Made by a program: the position numbers and the translations under genes. Shown in pieces: positions 20,246 through 30,803 of a DNA stretch of 57,213 nt; within the stretch, counting starts at the first letter, position 1; every line of letters begins with the position of its first letter. Under the pieces are notes generated by a model. That model was given only the letters and a program-made list of their open reading frames with translations, was not told the origin of the DNA and did not search any database. This stretch comes from Chthoniobacterales bacterium (GTDB taxonomy: Bacteria > Verrucomicrobiota > Verrucomicrobiia > Chthoniobacterales > UBA6821): assembly GCA_044236545.1 (NCBI GenBank), contig JBIIGI010000006.1:1-57213 (forward strand), read 5' to 3'.

Positions 20246-23002
20246 ATGGAGACACCTTCCAAAACGGAGCCGGTCCACGAGACCGTGCCTTGGCATGCGC
20301 TGGCAACCGACGACGTGCTCAGGCAACTGGGCACTCGAGTCGATAAGGGACTTGATTCAGCGGAAGCCTCGAGTCGTCTCCGAAAACACGGGCCGAATCT
20401 TTTGCCCTTGGGCAAAAAGCAGAGCTCCTTCATGCGGTTTTTCCTGCAATTCAATAATGTACTGGTCTACGTGCTCATTGGCGCCGGGGTACTCAAGGTC
20501 GCACTTGGTCTTTGGCTCGACGCGTCGATCATTCTCGCCGTGGTCTTTCTCAACGCACTCCTCGGCTTCCTTCAGGAGGGCAAGGCGGCCGAAGCACTGG
20601 AGTCGATTAGCAAAATGCTGTCGACTGATGCGCGTGCCGTCCGCGACGGCGAAACACGCATGATCGCGGCCGATTCGCTGGTGCCTGGCGATGTGATCCT
20701 GCTCGAGTCGGGTGACAAGGTTCCTGCCGACCTGCGCCTGATCGAGGTCAAGAATCTGCGCACAGAAGAGGCCGCCCTGACGGGCGAATCGGTACCCGCC
20801 GACAAGTCCACTCAAGCCGTGGATGCAAATGCCACGGTCGGCGACCGTGAGAGCATGGTTTTCTCAGGGACAATGGTTGTTTCCGGCCGCGCGACGGGAG
20901 TGGTGGTGGCCACCGGCAGCCACACCGAACTGGGACGCATCAACGCATTATTGGCCAACGTCAACACGCTTGAGACGCCTCTGCTGCGCCAGATCAAGAA
21001 GTTCGGTTACAAGATCACGGGCGCCATCGCGGTCGTGGGGGCACTGGTATTCGCCTTCGCCCGCTGGGGCCGGGGGATGGAGTTCGTCGACGTTTTTCAG
21101 GCCGTCATCGGTATTGCCGTTTCGATTATTCCAGAGGGCCTTCCTGCCATCATTACCATCACGCTGGCCATTGGAGTGCAGCGCATGGCCCAACGCAACG
21201 CCATCATTCGCCGGTTGCCGGCGGTGGAGACGCTCGGCTCGGTGTCGCGCATCTGCTCGGACAAGACCGGCACACTGACGCTGATGGAAATGATGGTGGT
21301 CTCAGCCGTCACGGCCGAGGCAAGTTACCAGATCACTGGCGACGGCTATGATCCGGAGGGCAACGTCACCCTGGACGGCAAACCCCTCCGTGAGGACTCG
21401 GTTCTGCAACTCGTCGGCCGCGTCTCCATGCTATGCAATGACGCCGAAATCCGAAAAGAAGAAGGCGTCTGGAAGGTTGAGGGCGACCCAACCGAAGGCG
21501 CTCTCTACCCCTTCGCAAGCAAGCTTGGTATCGAGCGTAGTGTCGAGAAAACCGCCTACAAGCGCGTCGATTCGATACCGTTCGAGTCCGAGCACCGTTT
21601 CATGGCAACCCTCAACGAGGGTGCCGATGGCAGGCAGATGTTGCTCGTCAAGGGGGCTCCTGAGGTGATTCTCGAGCACTGCAGCCACCAGCAGTTGCAG
21701 AACGGCGAGATCGTCCCAATCGATCTCGCCTATTTCGGAAAGGCGTCGGACAAGTTGGCCGGACAGGGCGAGCGTGTACTGGGCATTGCCTGGCTCGCGA
21801 ACCCCGCCGGTCTCGACGTCGGCAACCTTGCGGCGGCTGATTTGCCGCGCAATCTGGTACTACTCAGCCTGATCGGTCTGCTAGATCCGCCACGCAAGGA
21901 AGCGATTGAGGCGGTTAGGGAGTGTCACACTGGAGGCATCCGAGTGACAATGATCACCGGTGACCACAAGATCACCGCGGCGGCCATTGCCAAGATGCTC
22001 GGTATCGGCGATGGCAAGACTGCGATGGAGGGTGTCGAGGTCGAGAAGCTCGATCAGGCCGAACTGCGCGAGTGCGTCAAGAGTGTCGACGTGTTCGCCC
22101 GGTCCAGCCCCGAGCACAAGCTGCGGTTGGTGGAGGCGATTCAGGCAAACGGTCAGATCGTCGCCATGACCGGCGATGGAGTCAACGACGCTCCCGCCTT
22201 GAAGAAAGCCGATATCGGCGTAGCCATGGGCATCAAGGGCACTGAGGTCACCAAGGAGGCGGCTGAAATGGTACTCGTCGACGATAATTTCGCGTCGATC
22301 AGTGCCGCGGTTAAGGAAGGGCGCACGGTGTACAATAACATCGAGAAGGCGATCCTGTTCCTGCTGCCGACCAATCTAGCACAGGGCCTGGTGATCATGG
22401 TCGCAATCATCTTGGGCATTACGATGCCGATCACGACGCCGCAGATTCTGTGGGTCAATATGATCACCTCCGTGGCGCTTGGTCTGGTTTGCGCATTCGA
22501 ACCGCACGAACTGAATGTGATGAAGCTCCCCCCACGGGCCGTGGACCGTCCTCTGCTGACCGGCTTTGGCCTGTGGCGAGTGATCTTCGTCGGCTTGGCA
22601 CTGGTTGCCTATACGCTGTGGGCGTTCTTCTGGATGAAGGGGCAGAATGCATCCGACGCGGCGGCACGCACGGTGGCCGTCAACGCGATCACCATCGGCC
22701 AGTGCTTCTATCTGCTCAACAGCCGATACCTGATCGACAGTTCGGTATCCATACGGCCGCACCTCGAAAACAGGTACCTTCCCATCGGCATTGGCGCGGT
22801 CATTGTGCTGCAGCTGATGTTCACATACCTGCCGTCGCTGCAACGCATCTTCGAAACCGAGTCGGTGCAACTTTATGTGTGGCCGTGGCTGCTTGGCGGT
22901 GGCCTGCTGTTCTTCTTCTTTGTTGAGGTTGAAAAAACGGTGATCCGAATTTATCGCAAGTCCTCAGCGTCTGCTGCGGTTTCCTCCAGCGGTGTTTCCT
23001 GA
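20246..23002 (+). CDS. Cation-transporting P-type ATPase (P2A/Ca2+-type)
   Basis: TGES, PEGL, CSDKTGT, KGAPE and TGDGVNDAP motifs. Confidence 0.95.
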   Translation: METPSKTEPVHETVPWHALATDDVLRQLGTRVDKGLDSAEASSRLRKHGPNLLPLGKKQSSFMRFFLQFNNVLVYVLIGAGVLKVALGLWLDASIILAVVFLNALLGFLQEGKAAEALESISKMLSTDARAVRDGETRMIAADSLVPGDVILLESGDKVPADLRLIEVKNLRTEEAALTGESVPADKSTQAVDANATVGDRESMVFSGTMVVSGRATGVVVATGSHTELGRINALLANVNTLETPLLRQIKKFGYKITGAIAVVGALVFAFARWGRGMEFVDVFQAVIGIAVSIIPEGLPAIITITLAIGVQRMAQRNAIIRRLPAVETLGSVSRICSDKTGTLTLMEMMVVSAVTAEASYQITGDGYDPEGNVTLDGKPLREDSVLQLVGRVSMLCNDAEIRKEEGVWKVEGDPTEGALYPFASKLGIERSVEKTAYKRVDSIPFESEHRFMATLNEGADGRQMLLVKGAPEVILEHCSHQQLQNGEIVPIDLAYFGKASDKLAGQGERVLGIAWLANPAGLDVGNLAAADLPRNLVLLSLIGLLDPPRKEAIEAVRECHTGGIRVTMITGDHKITAAAIAKMLGIGDGKTAMEGVEVEKLDQAELRECVKSVDVFARSSPEHKLRLVEAIQANGQIVAMTGDGVNDAPALKKADIGVAMGIKGTEVTKEAAEMVLVDDNFASISAAVKEGRTVYNNIEKAILFLLPTNLAQGLVIMVAIILGITMPITTPQILWVNMITSVALGLVCAFEPHELNVMKLPPRAVDRPLLTGFGLWRVIFVGLALVAYTLWAFFWMKGQNASDAAARTVAVNAITIGQCFYLLNSRYLIDSSVSIRPHLENRYLPIGIGAVIVLQLMFTYLPSLQRIFETESVQLYVWPWLLGGGLLFFFFVEVEKTVIRIYRKSSASAAVSSSGVS

Positions 23003-23113
23003 CAGAGCTTCTTGGCATCCACCAGACCCTGGGTAATGGGGGGCACAATCCCGCATCTGTTCCTTGATTTCCCTTAAGGAGGGATGAGTGCTAGTCTCTG
23101 ATACGCACCGAGC

Positions 23114-23770
23114 ATGACACCGACTCCTGTTGATCAAGAACGAGATCCGGTTGAACCGCGGCGACTCTCGGTGGAGTTGCAGATCCTCTCGGATTCCGCA
23201 GAGCAATCCGATCTCACCATGAGTGACTTGGTTGATCGGCTTGAAGGGCGCGTCTACACGCTGCTCCTGGTGATTCTCGCCCTTCCCTTCTGCCAACCGA
23301 TCATGCTTCCCGGTCTCTCCACGCCCTTCGGCATGGTGATCGCCCTGCTGGGTCTGCGATTTGCGTTGCGCCAGCATCCATGGCTTCCGCAGCGCCTGCT
23401 CAAGACCCATCTTTCCGGAAAATACCTTCCAAAGATCCTTCACGGGAGCGCCCGGCTCCTCGGGGGAATTGAGAAGCTCCTTCACCCCCGCCTCTCGTTC
23501 CTCTTTGAGTTTCGCCTCACCCAGTTCCTTGCAGGCATGGCTGTTTTCCTCAGCGGCCTGATGCTCCTGCTGCCGCTCCCCATTCCCTTCAGCAACATGC
23601 TTCCCGCGCTGACGGTCGTGCTTGTGGCATCCTCTTTCTCAGAACGCGACGGCGTGACCCTGGGTGCGGGTCTGATCCTCTTCCTGATCTCCCTTGGGTT
23701 TATCGGTGCGATCCTCTTTGGAGGGACAGAGGCGATCACCTGGATCTCCAACGGGTTCGTACGCCGTTGA
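23114..23770 (+). CDS. ExoD family (exopolysaccharide synthesis) membrane protein
   Basis: LALPF..PG.STPFG...PWLP and LPLPIPFSNMLPA...ERDG motifs. Confidence 0.88.
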   Translation: MTPTPVDQERDPVEPRRLSVELQILSDSAEQSDLTMSDLVDRLEGRVYTLLLVILALPFCQPIMLPGLSTPFGMVIALLGLRFALRQHPWLPQRLLKTHLSGKYLPKILHGSARLLGGIEKLLHPRLSFLFEFRLTQFLAGMAVFLSGLMLLLPLPIPFSNMLPALTVVLVASSFSERDGVTLGAGLILFLISLGFIGAILFGGTEAITWISNGFVRR

Positions 23771-23833
23771 ACCCGGCGCGAGAAGATTAATCCGGAATTT
23801 GCATTGGGAATTCCTGAAATAACAGGAGGCCGC

Positions 23834-24157
23834 GTTAAAAGAGTTAAAAAATGAAAATGTTACAAACAAGGCTCTGGGAAGAGTCGCGTAAGATCCCGCG
23901 CATGCGGGACCCAGAGGGCGCCACCGCTTGCCGGGAGGCAAGTGGCGTCAACGTGGATCCGGGAGAGCCCTGACCCGAGATTCGGAAGGGGAGTGACAGG
24001 GAACCCGCCGACAAAAGATGCCTGCATGAGTTCCACTTAGCCTCGAAATTCAGTCCCCTTTTAACTTTTTAACGGTGTAACGCTTTTAACCCTTCAGGGA
24101 CTCACCATCCTGGTGAACGCTCAAACCTGTCAACGCCGCTCTGATGACAATTCTGGG
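23834..24157 (-). repeat. Host repeat (family 3), locus 1: inverted GTTRMAN arrays plus GCGTTCACC-n3-ATGGTG arm
   Basis: Colinear with 30423-30725 and 56581-56736. Interrupted by four-hairpin element copy A. Confidence 0.75.
23864..23951 (-). mobile_element. Four-hairpin mini-element (family 2), copy A, including flanking TT
   Basis: Minus strand reads TT-GACGCCACTTGCCTCCCGGCAAGCGGTGGCGCCCTCTGGGTCCCGCATGCGCGGGATCTTACGCGACTCTTCCCAGAGCCTTGT-TT. The empty site is seen at paralogous loci. Confidence 0.85.
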
Positions 24158-24158
24158 A

Positions 24159-24830
24159 TTAATCCAGCAGATCAGGTCGGCGTTTTTTTGTCGCTTCCAG
24201 GGCCTGTTCAGCCCGCCATGTGGCGATTGCCCCGTGATTTCCCGATAGCAGGATCGGAGGAACGCCCCAGCCCTGAAACTCGACCGGACGCGTGAAGTGA
24301 GGGTGGTCGAGCAATCCGGTCTCGAAGGACTCGGTGACCGCTGACTGATCATCTCCCAGGACTCCGGGCACCAACCGCACGATGGCGTCGGTCAGCACCA
24401 GCGCCCCCAGAACGCCGTTGGTCAGGATGTAGTCGCCGATTGAAATCTCGTCGTCGACAAGGTGATCGGCCACGCGTTGGTCGACACCCTCGTAATGCCC
24501 GCAGAGGAGGATGAGATGCCGCGCCTTGGCATACTCGCGGACGATCGGTTGCTTGAGCGGCCTTCCCTGCGGGGTGAGGAAGATCACTTTGGTCTCCGGT
24601 CGGCGGAGTTCGGCCAGCGCCTCCGCGATCGGTTCGATCTTCATGACCATGCCGGGGCCGCCGCCGTAGGGTGCGTCGTCGACCGTGCGATGGCGGTCAT
24701 GGGTCCAGCGCCGGAGGTCGACAGCCTCCAACTTCACCAAACCGGCCTCCTGGGCGCGGCCAAGGATACTCTCCCGGAGGACTCCCTCGGCGATGGAGGG
24801 GATGGGTGTCAGGATCTGGATCTCGATCAT
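24159..24830 (-). CDS. trmD: tRNA (guanine37-N1)-methyltransferase
   Basis: VDDAPYGGGPGMVMK, LTPQG, CGHYEGVDQR, SIGDYILTNG and LSGNH motifs. Confidence 0.97.
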   Translation of the reverse strand: MIEIQILTPIPSIAEGVLRESILGRAQEAGLVKLEAVDLRRWTHDRHRTVDDAPYGGGPGMVMKIEPIAEALAELRRPETKVIFLTPQGRPLKQPIVREYAKARHLILLCGHYEGVDQRVADHLVDDEISIGDYILTNGVLGALVLTDAIVRLVPGVLGDDQSAVTESFETGLLDHPHFTRPVEFQGWGVPPILLSGNHGAIATWRAEQALEATKKRRPDLLD

Positions 24831-24895
24831 TTTGAAAAGTTGGAGCTCAACGGTGGCTAGCCATCATGGAAAGAGCCACCTAGGATGCAAGTCCC

Positions 24896-26869
24896 GTGTC
24901 TTCCTCCCGCCCCGCGAACAAACGCCGCAGTGCACCCTCTCCACGGGAACGCCGCGGCTCCTTCCTGATCACGCTGATCAAGCTCGGCTTCGCGGCACTC
25001 CTTCTCTGGGTGCTTGTCGGTGTTCTCTACTATCTCTGGGCGCTCACCTTCGACCTCTCGACGATCGGTCAGATGCCGCAGCGATCGGCGATTTATGACC
25101 GGACCGGGACATTCTACAGCCGGACCATGGGGGAGAACCGCGTCGTGGTCCCCTACGACGGTGTCTCGCCGAATTTCGTCAAGGCCCTGATCAGCCGCGA
25201 AGACTCGAGATTCTACGAGCACCGCGGAATCGACCCTCTCGGCATCGCACGTGCGGCCGTGCGGAACCTTCTCATTGGCGGGATGAAGGAGGGGGCCAGC
25301 ACGATCACCCAGCAGTTGGCCCGCAACAGCTTCCCGCTCGGCGGCAAGACCTTCAACCGCAAGTTCCTCGAGGCGGCCATGGCCTTCCGCATCGAGATGG
25401 AGATGACCAAGGAGAAGATCCTCGAGCTCTACATGAACCGCATCTACTTCGGCTCCGGTCTCTACGGGGTCGAGACGGCGAGCCAGGCCTACTTCGGAAA
25501 ACCCGCGGCCGACATGAGCCTCTCGGAGGCGGCCCTTCTGGCGGGACTGATCCGCAGCCCCAACCGTTACTCTCCTTTCAACAACCTCGAGGCATCCCTC
25601 AGGCAGCGCAATGTCGTGCTCGGAAGGATGGAGGAACTCGAACTCATCACCCATGCGGAGCATGAGAAGGCGCTCCGGGAGAAGATCGCACCGCGCCAAC
25701 GCCAGCTTGTGAACCCCCTCAACAGCTGGGCCGTCGACGCGATCCTCCACGAACTAGAGCAGGTCGTCTCCCCCTCCAAGATCGACGAGGGAGGTCTCCG
25801 GATCGACACCTCGATCGACGCGGGGATGCAGCAGGCCGCCGAGCAATCGCTGGCACGACGGCTTACGGAAGTGGAGGCGCGGCCCGATTTCCGCCAGCAA
25901 CACGCGCCACCGAAACCTCCCAAGCCGTCAAAAGGCAAGGGCAAGGGAATCATCCCCCAGCCCGTCCAAACCGTCGAGCCCCCCGAACCACTTCAGGCCG
26001 CCCTCCTTGCCATCGACAACGCCTCCGGCGGCATCACGGCCATCGTCGGCGGGCGCAACTTCGCCGAGAGCAAATACAACCGCGCCCTGGTGGCAACGCG
26101 CCAGATCGGTTCCTCGGCCAAGCCATTCGTCTACGAAGAGGCCTTTCGCAAGGGGGTCATCACCCCGGAGACACCGGTCAGCGACGCCCGGCTCTCGATC
26201 ACGGAACTACCGCCCCGCTCCCCGGCCTACGATCCCCAGAACAGCGACGGCACCTTCGGGAGCGACCTGCCGGCCAAGGAGGGCCTCATCCACTCCCGCA
26301 ACACCATGAGCGTGCGCGTCGGGCTCGCCACCGGTCTCGGAACGGTGGCCTCCATCATGGAAAAACTCGGCCTTGCCGAGGATGTCCCCCGCTACCCCTC
26401 CATCTGCCTCGGCAGCTTCGAGTCGACTCTCAGGAATGTCACAATCGCCTACTCAGCGCTCGCCACCGGCGGATCACGCCTCCACCCGCACCTGATCGAG
26501 CAAGTCACCGATGCCGAGGGGAAGGTCCTCTTCCGGGCCACCCGCGACCGCGTTCCCGTCCTCGACCGGAATGCGGCCCGGGCGACCACGTCGATTCTGA
26601 CCGAGGTCTTCACGCGAGGCACCGCCTCCCGGGCGGCCTCACTCGGCCTGCGCAAGCCCGCAGCTGGAAAGACCGGAACCACCGACCGCTTCGTCGATGC
26701 CTGGTTCCTGGGATACACGGAGGGGCTCACCTGCGGAGTCTGGGTCGGCTTCGACCACCCAAAGACCATCATGCGCGGCGGCTATGGGGCCGAACTGGCC
26801 CTCCCGATCTGGGTCGATGTCATGCAGTCCCCGGCCGCCAATCGCTACGCGGCGGGGCCGTTGCCGTAG
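24896..26869 (+). CDS. Class A penicillin-binding protein (PBP1A family)
   Basis: EDSRFYEHRG, GASTITQQLAR, YMNRIYFG, S-x-x-K (GSSAKPF), SRN and KTGTT motifs. Confidence 0.95.
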   Translation: MSSSRPANKRRSAPSPRERRGSFLITLIKLGFAALLLWVLVGVLYYLWALTFDLSTIGQMPQRSAIYDRTGTFYSRTMGENRVVVPYDGVSPNFVKALISREDSRFYEHRGIDPLGIARAAVRNLLIGGMKEGASTITQQLARNSFPLGGKTFNRKFLEAAMAFRIEMEMTKEKILELYMNRIYFGSGLYGVETASQAYFGKPAADMSLSEAALLAGLIRSPNRYSPFNNLEASLRQRNVVLGRMEELELITHAEHEKALREKIAPRQRQLVNPLNSWAVDAILHELEQVVSPSKIDEGGLRIDTSIDAGMQQAAEQSLARRLTEVEARPDFRQQHAPPKPPKPSKGKGKGIIPQPVQTVEPPEPLQAALLAIDNASGGITAIVGGRNFAESKYNRALVATRQIGSSAKPFVYEEAFRKGVITPETPVSDARLSITELPPRSPAYDPQNSDGTFGSDLPAKEGLIHSRNTMSVRVGLATGLGTVASIMEKLGLAEDVPRYPSICLGSFESTLRNVTIAYSALATGGSRLHPHLIEQVTDAEGKVLFRATRDRVPVLDRNAARATTSILTEVFTRGTASRAASLGLRKPAAGKTGTTDRFVDAWFLGYTEGLTCGVWVGFDHPKTIMRGGYGAELALPIWVDVMQSPAANRYAAGPLP

Positions 26870-27063
26870 TTGGGGAGTAGGGGGATCGGTAATAGGCCTA
26901 TAGGGAATAGGTTATGGGGCGATTCCCTCGGAGACTTCGACGCTTTGAATCGACTTTTTCCCCTTTCAACCCTTCAACCTTTCAACTTTTTCACTCTTTC
27001 CTAAGGGAGTTCTTTCCCTTTCAAAGGGGGCTGTGTATTAGTCGGGCTTATCCATTTTTTCCC

Positions 27064-28254
<1,191 letters not shown>

Positions 28255-28297
28255 GCAACCTTTCCACCGTCACCTTCACCTTTCACTTTTCTCTCCC

Positions 28298-29197
28298 ATG
28301 TCGATCCTCGTCACTCCCGACACCAAGGTACTCATCCAGGGCATCACCGGCAGCTTCGGAGCACGCCACGCCAAGCTCAGCCTCGACTACGGCACCAAGG
28401 TGGTCGCCGGCGTCACCCCGGGCAAGGGAGGCCAGCTCTTCGAGAATCAGGTGCCCATCTTCGACACCGTCGATCAGGCCGTGAAGGAGACCGGAGCAAC
28501 GGTCTCCGCGGTCTTCGTCCCGCCCCCGTTCGCCGCCGACGCGATCCTTGAGGGTGTCGCCGCCGGACTCGACCTTGTAGTCGCCATCACAGAGGGCATT
28601 CCCGTCATCGACATGATGAGGGTCAAGGAGGCCATGAAGGGATCGAAGACCCGGCTCATTGGCCCCAACTGCCCCGGCCTCGTCACTCCCGGCACCGGTG
28701 ACAAGTCCCACGGCGGATGCCGCATCGGCATCGCTCCCGGCTACATCCACAAGAAGGGGAATGTAGGCGTCGTCTCCCGCTCCGGCACCCTCACCTACGA
28801 GGCCGTCTGGCAGCTCACCACCCGCGGTTACGGCCAGAGTACCTGCGTCGGTATCGGCGGCGACCCGATCAACGGCACTTCCCACCTCGACATCCTCAAG
28901 ATGTTCAACGAGGACCCCGAGACCGAGGCGATCATCATGATCGGCGAGATCGGCGGCACCGCCGAGGAAGAGGCCGCGGCATGGGCCGCCAAGCATTGCA
29001 TGAAGCCGATCGCCGGCTTCATCGCGGGAGCCACCGCGCCGGAGGGGCGCCGCATGGGTCACGCCGGAGCAATCGTCAGCGGCGGACACGGCACGGCCGC
29101 CAGCAAGATCGCCGCCCTCCGCGAAGCGGGGATCGAGATCGCCGAGACCCCTTCCGACATGGCCGACGCCCTCATCCGCCGGATGAAGCGGGCCTGA
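28298..29197 (+). CDS. sucD: Succinyl-CoA synthetase alpha subunit
   Basis: [20 protein letters not shown] and RMGHAGA motifs. Confidence 0.98.
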   Translation: MSILVTPDTKVLIQGITGSFGARHAKLSLDYGTKVVAGVTPGKGGQLFENQVPIFDTVDQAVKETGATVSAVFVPPPFAADAILEGVAAGLDLVVAITEGIPVIDMMRVKEAMKGSKTRLIGPNCPGLVTPGTGDKSHGGCRIGIAPGYIHKKGNVGVVSRSGTLTYEAVWQLTTRGYGQSTCVGIGGDPINGTSHLDILKMFNEDPETEAIIMIGEIGGTAEEEAAAWAAKHCMKPIAGFIAGATAPEGRRMGHAGAIVSGGHGTAASKIAALREAGIEIAETPSDMADALIRRMKRA

Positions 29198-29237
29198 GCG
29201 AACCTTTTCACTTCAAACCCAACAACCTCTCACTCCC

Positions 29238-30368
29238 ATGCCTGTCATCGCCAAAGGACTCGAAGGTATCGTCGCCAACTCCACCACGCTCAGCGATGTG
29301 CGCGGCGAGGAGGGCATCCTCATCTACGCCGGATACAATATCAACGAACTCGCCGGCAAGGTCAGCTACGAGGAGGTCGTCTATCTACTCTGGCACGGGG
29401 AACTTCCCAACAAGGCCCAGCTTGAGTCCCTGCATCGGGAGCTTGGTTCCCAGCGCGAACTTCCGCAGGGAGTCATCGACTTCCTCAAGTCGGCCCCCAA
29501 GGATGCCAATCCCATGGATGTCATCCGCACGGGTGTCTCCATGCTCGGCCTCTACGACAAGGTGCCGACCGGCGAGATCGATCCCGTGAAGAACCGCCAC
29601 CGCGCAGTCTCCCTGACCGCCAAAGTCGGCGTCATCGCCGCGTACTATCACCGCGCCCGCCTCGGCAAGGATCTCCCACCCGTCCGCACCGATCTCGGTG
29701 AGGCCGCCCACTTCCTCTACCTCCTCAACGGAGAAGTGCCGACCGCCGAGGCCGCAAAGACCCTCGATGTCGCCTACGTCCTCCATGCCGATCACGGCAT
29801 GAATGCCTCCACCTTCTCCGCGCGCGTCACGATCGCCACGCTCAGCGACATCTACTCGGCCGTGACCTCGGCCATCGGCACGCTCAAGGGGCCCCTTCAC
29901 GGCGGCGCCAACGAGGGAGTCATCCACATGCTTCAGGAGATCGGCGAAGAGACCAAGGTCGACGGTTGGGTTGAGACTGCGCTCGCCACCAAGAAGAAGG
30001 TCATGGGCATCGGTCACCGCGTCTACAAGACCCTCGATCCCCGCGCCCCCCACCTCCGTTCCATGGCCGTTCAGCTCTGCGAGCAGCTTGGAGAGGGCAA
30101 GTGGATCCGCATGTCGGAGCGCATCGCCGAACTCATGAAGGAGCGCAAGGGGCTGAATGCCAATGTCGATTTCTACTCAGCGACCGTCTACTACTCGCTC
30201 GGCCTGCCGACCGACATGTTCACACCGATCTTTGCGATCGCCCGGACCTCCGGCTGGACCGCTCATATCCTGGAACAGCTCGTCGACAACAGGCTCTACC
30301 GCCCGCTCAGCGAGTACGTCGGCCCCGCAGTCGGCAAGACGGTGGTTCCGCTCGCGGACCGCGCTTAA
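29238..30368 (+). CDS. gltA: Citrate synthase (type I / 2-methylcitrate synthase-like length)
   Basis: LHADHGMNASTF, GPLHGGANE, MGIGHRVYK..DPR and NVDFYS motifs. Confidence 0.93.
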   Translation: MPVIAKGLEGIVANSTTLSDVRGEEGILIYAGYNINELAGKVSYEEVVYLLWHGELPNKAQLESLHRELGSQRELPQGVIDFLKSAPKDANPMDVIRTGVSMLGLYDKVPTGEIDPVKNRHRAVSLTAKVGVIAAYYHRARLGKDLPPVRTDLGEAAHFLYLLNGEVPTAEAAKTLDVAYVLHADHGMNASTFSARVTIATLSDIYSAVTSAIGTLKGPLHGGANEGVIHMLQEIGEETKVDGWVETALATKKKVMGIGHRVYKTLDPRAPHLRSMAVQLCEQLGEGKWIRMSERIAELMKERKGLNANVDFYSATVYYSLGLPTDMFTPIFAIARTSGWTAHILEQLVDNRLYRPLSEYVGPAVGKTVVPLADRA

Positions 30369-30422
30369 GGAAGCGCTGAATAAATCACATAGAGGCCTCT
30401 GAAAGGCAGTTGCTGATTCTTG

Positions 30423-30725
30423 AACCCAGATTATGCGATAGGGAGGCGGAGACAGGTCTGGATGGTTCACCCGGATGCTGAGTCGTCGGATGGTTAAAAT
30501 CGTTGAACCAAGCATGCTGGAACATGCGCGGTAGATCACGCGCAGTCGTGACCCGTAAGGGCGCCACCGCTTGCCGGGAGGCAAGTGGCGTCAACTGTTG
30601 AAACGTTACAACGTGCTGACAGCAAGCACTATTCCACTCTCAGAACCGAGCCATGATCAGCAAACTTCTTGATGGCGACTTCTCGAATTCAGGTTCAGGG
30701 GTTTCCGGATCCACCTTGTAACATT
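30423..30725 (+). repeat. Host repeat (family 3), locus 2, carrying element copies B and C
   Basis: GACAGGTCTGGATGGTTCACCCGGATGCTG...GGTTAAAATCGTTGAA|B|CTGTTGAAACGTTACA...TCAGGGGTTTCCGGATCCACCTTGTAACATT|C aligns with locus 1. Confidence 0.72.
30506..30594 (-). mobile_element. Four-hairpin mini-element, copy B, including flanking TT
   Basis: Minus strand reads TT-GACGCCACTTGCCTCCCGGCAAGCGGTGGCGCCCTTACGGGTCACGACTGCGCGTGATCTACCGCGCATGTTCCAGCATGCTTGG-TT. Confidence 0.88.
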
Positions 30726-30760
30726 GACGCCACTTGCCTCCCGAGTAGCGGTGCCGCCCC
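30724..30760 (+). mobile_element. Four-hairpin mini-element, copy C (truncated, 5' part only)
   Basis: TTGACGCCACTTGCCTCCCGAGTAGCGGTGCCGCCCC, after which similarity is lost. Confidence 0.75.
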
Positions 30761-30803
30761 CTCACATCGGGATGGGGGGGCAGGCATGGGCGGGAAGCAT
30801 CCC

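Noticed and set aside
23864-23951. Canonical IS200/IS605 model in which TTGAC is the target pentamer
   Set aside because: Reconstructed empty sites contain TT but not TTGAC, so GAC belongs to the element. An HUH mechanism in general is not excluded.
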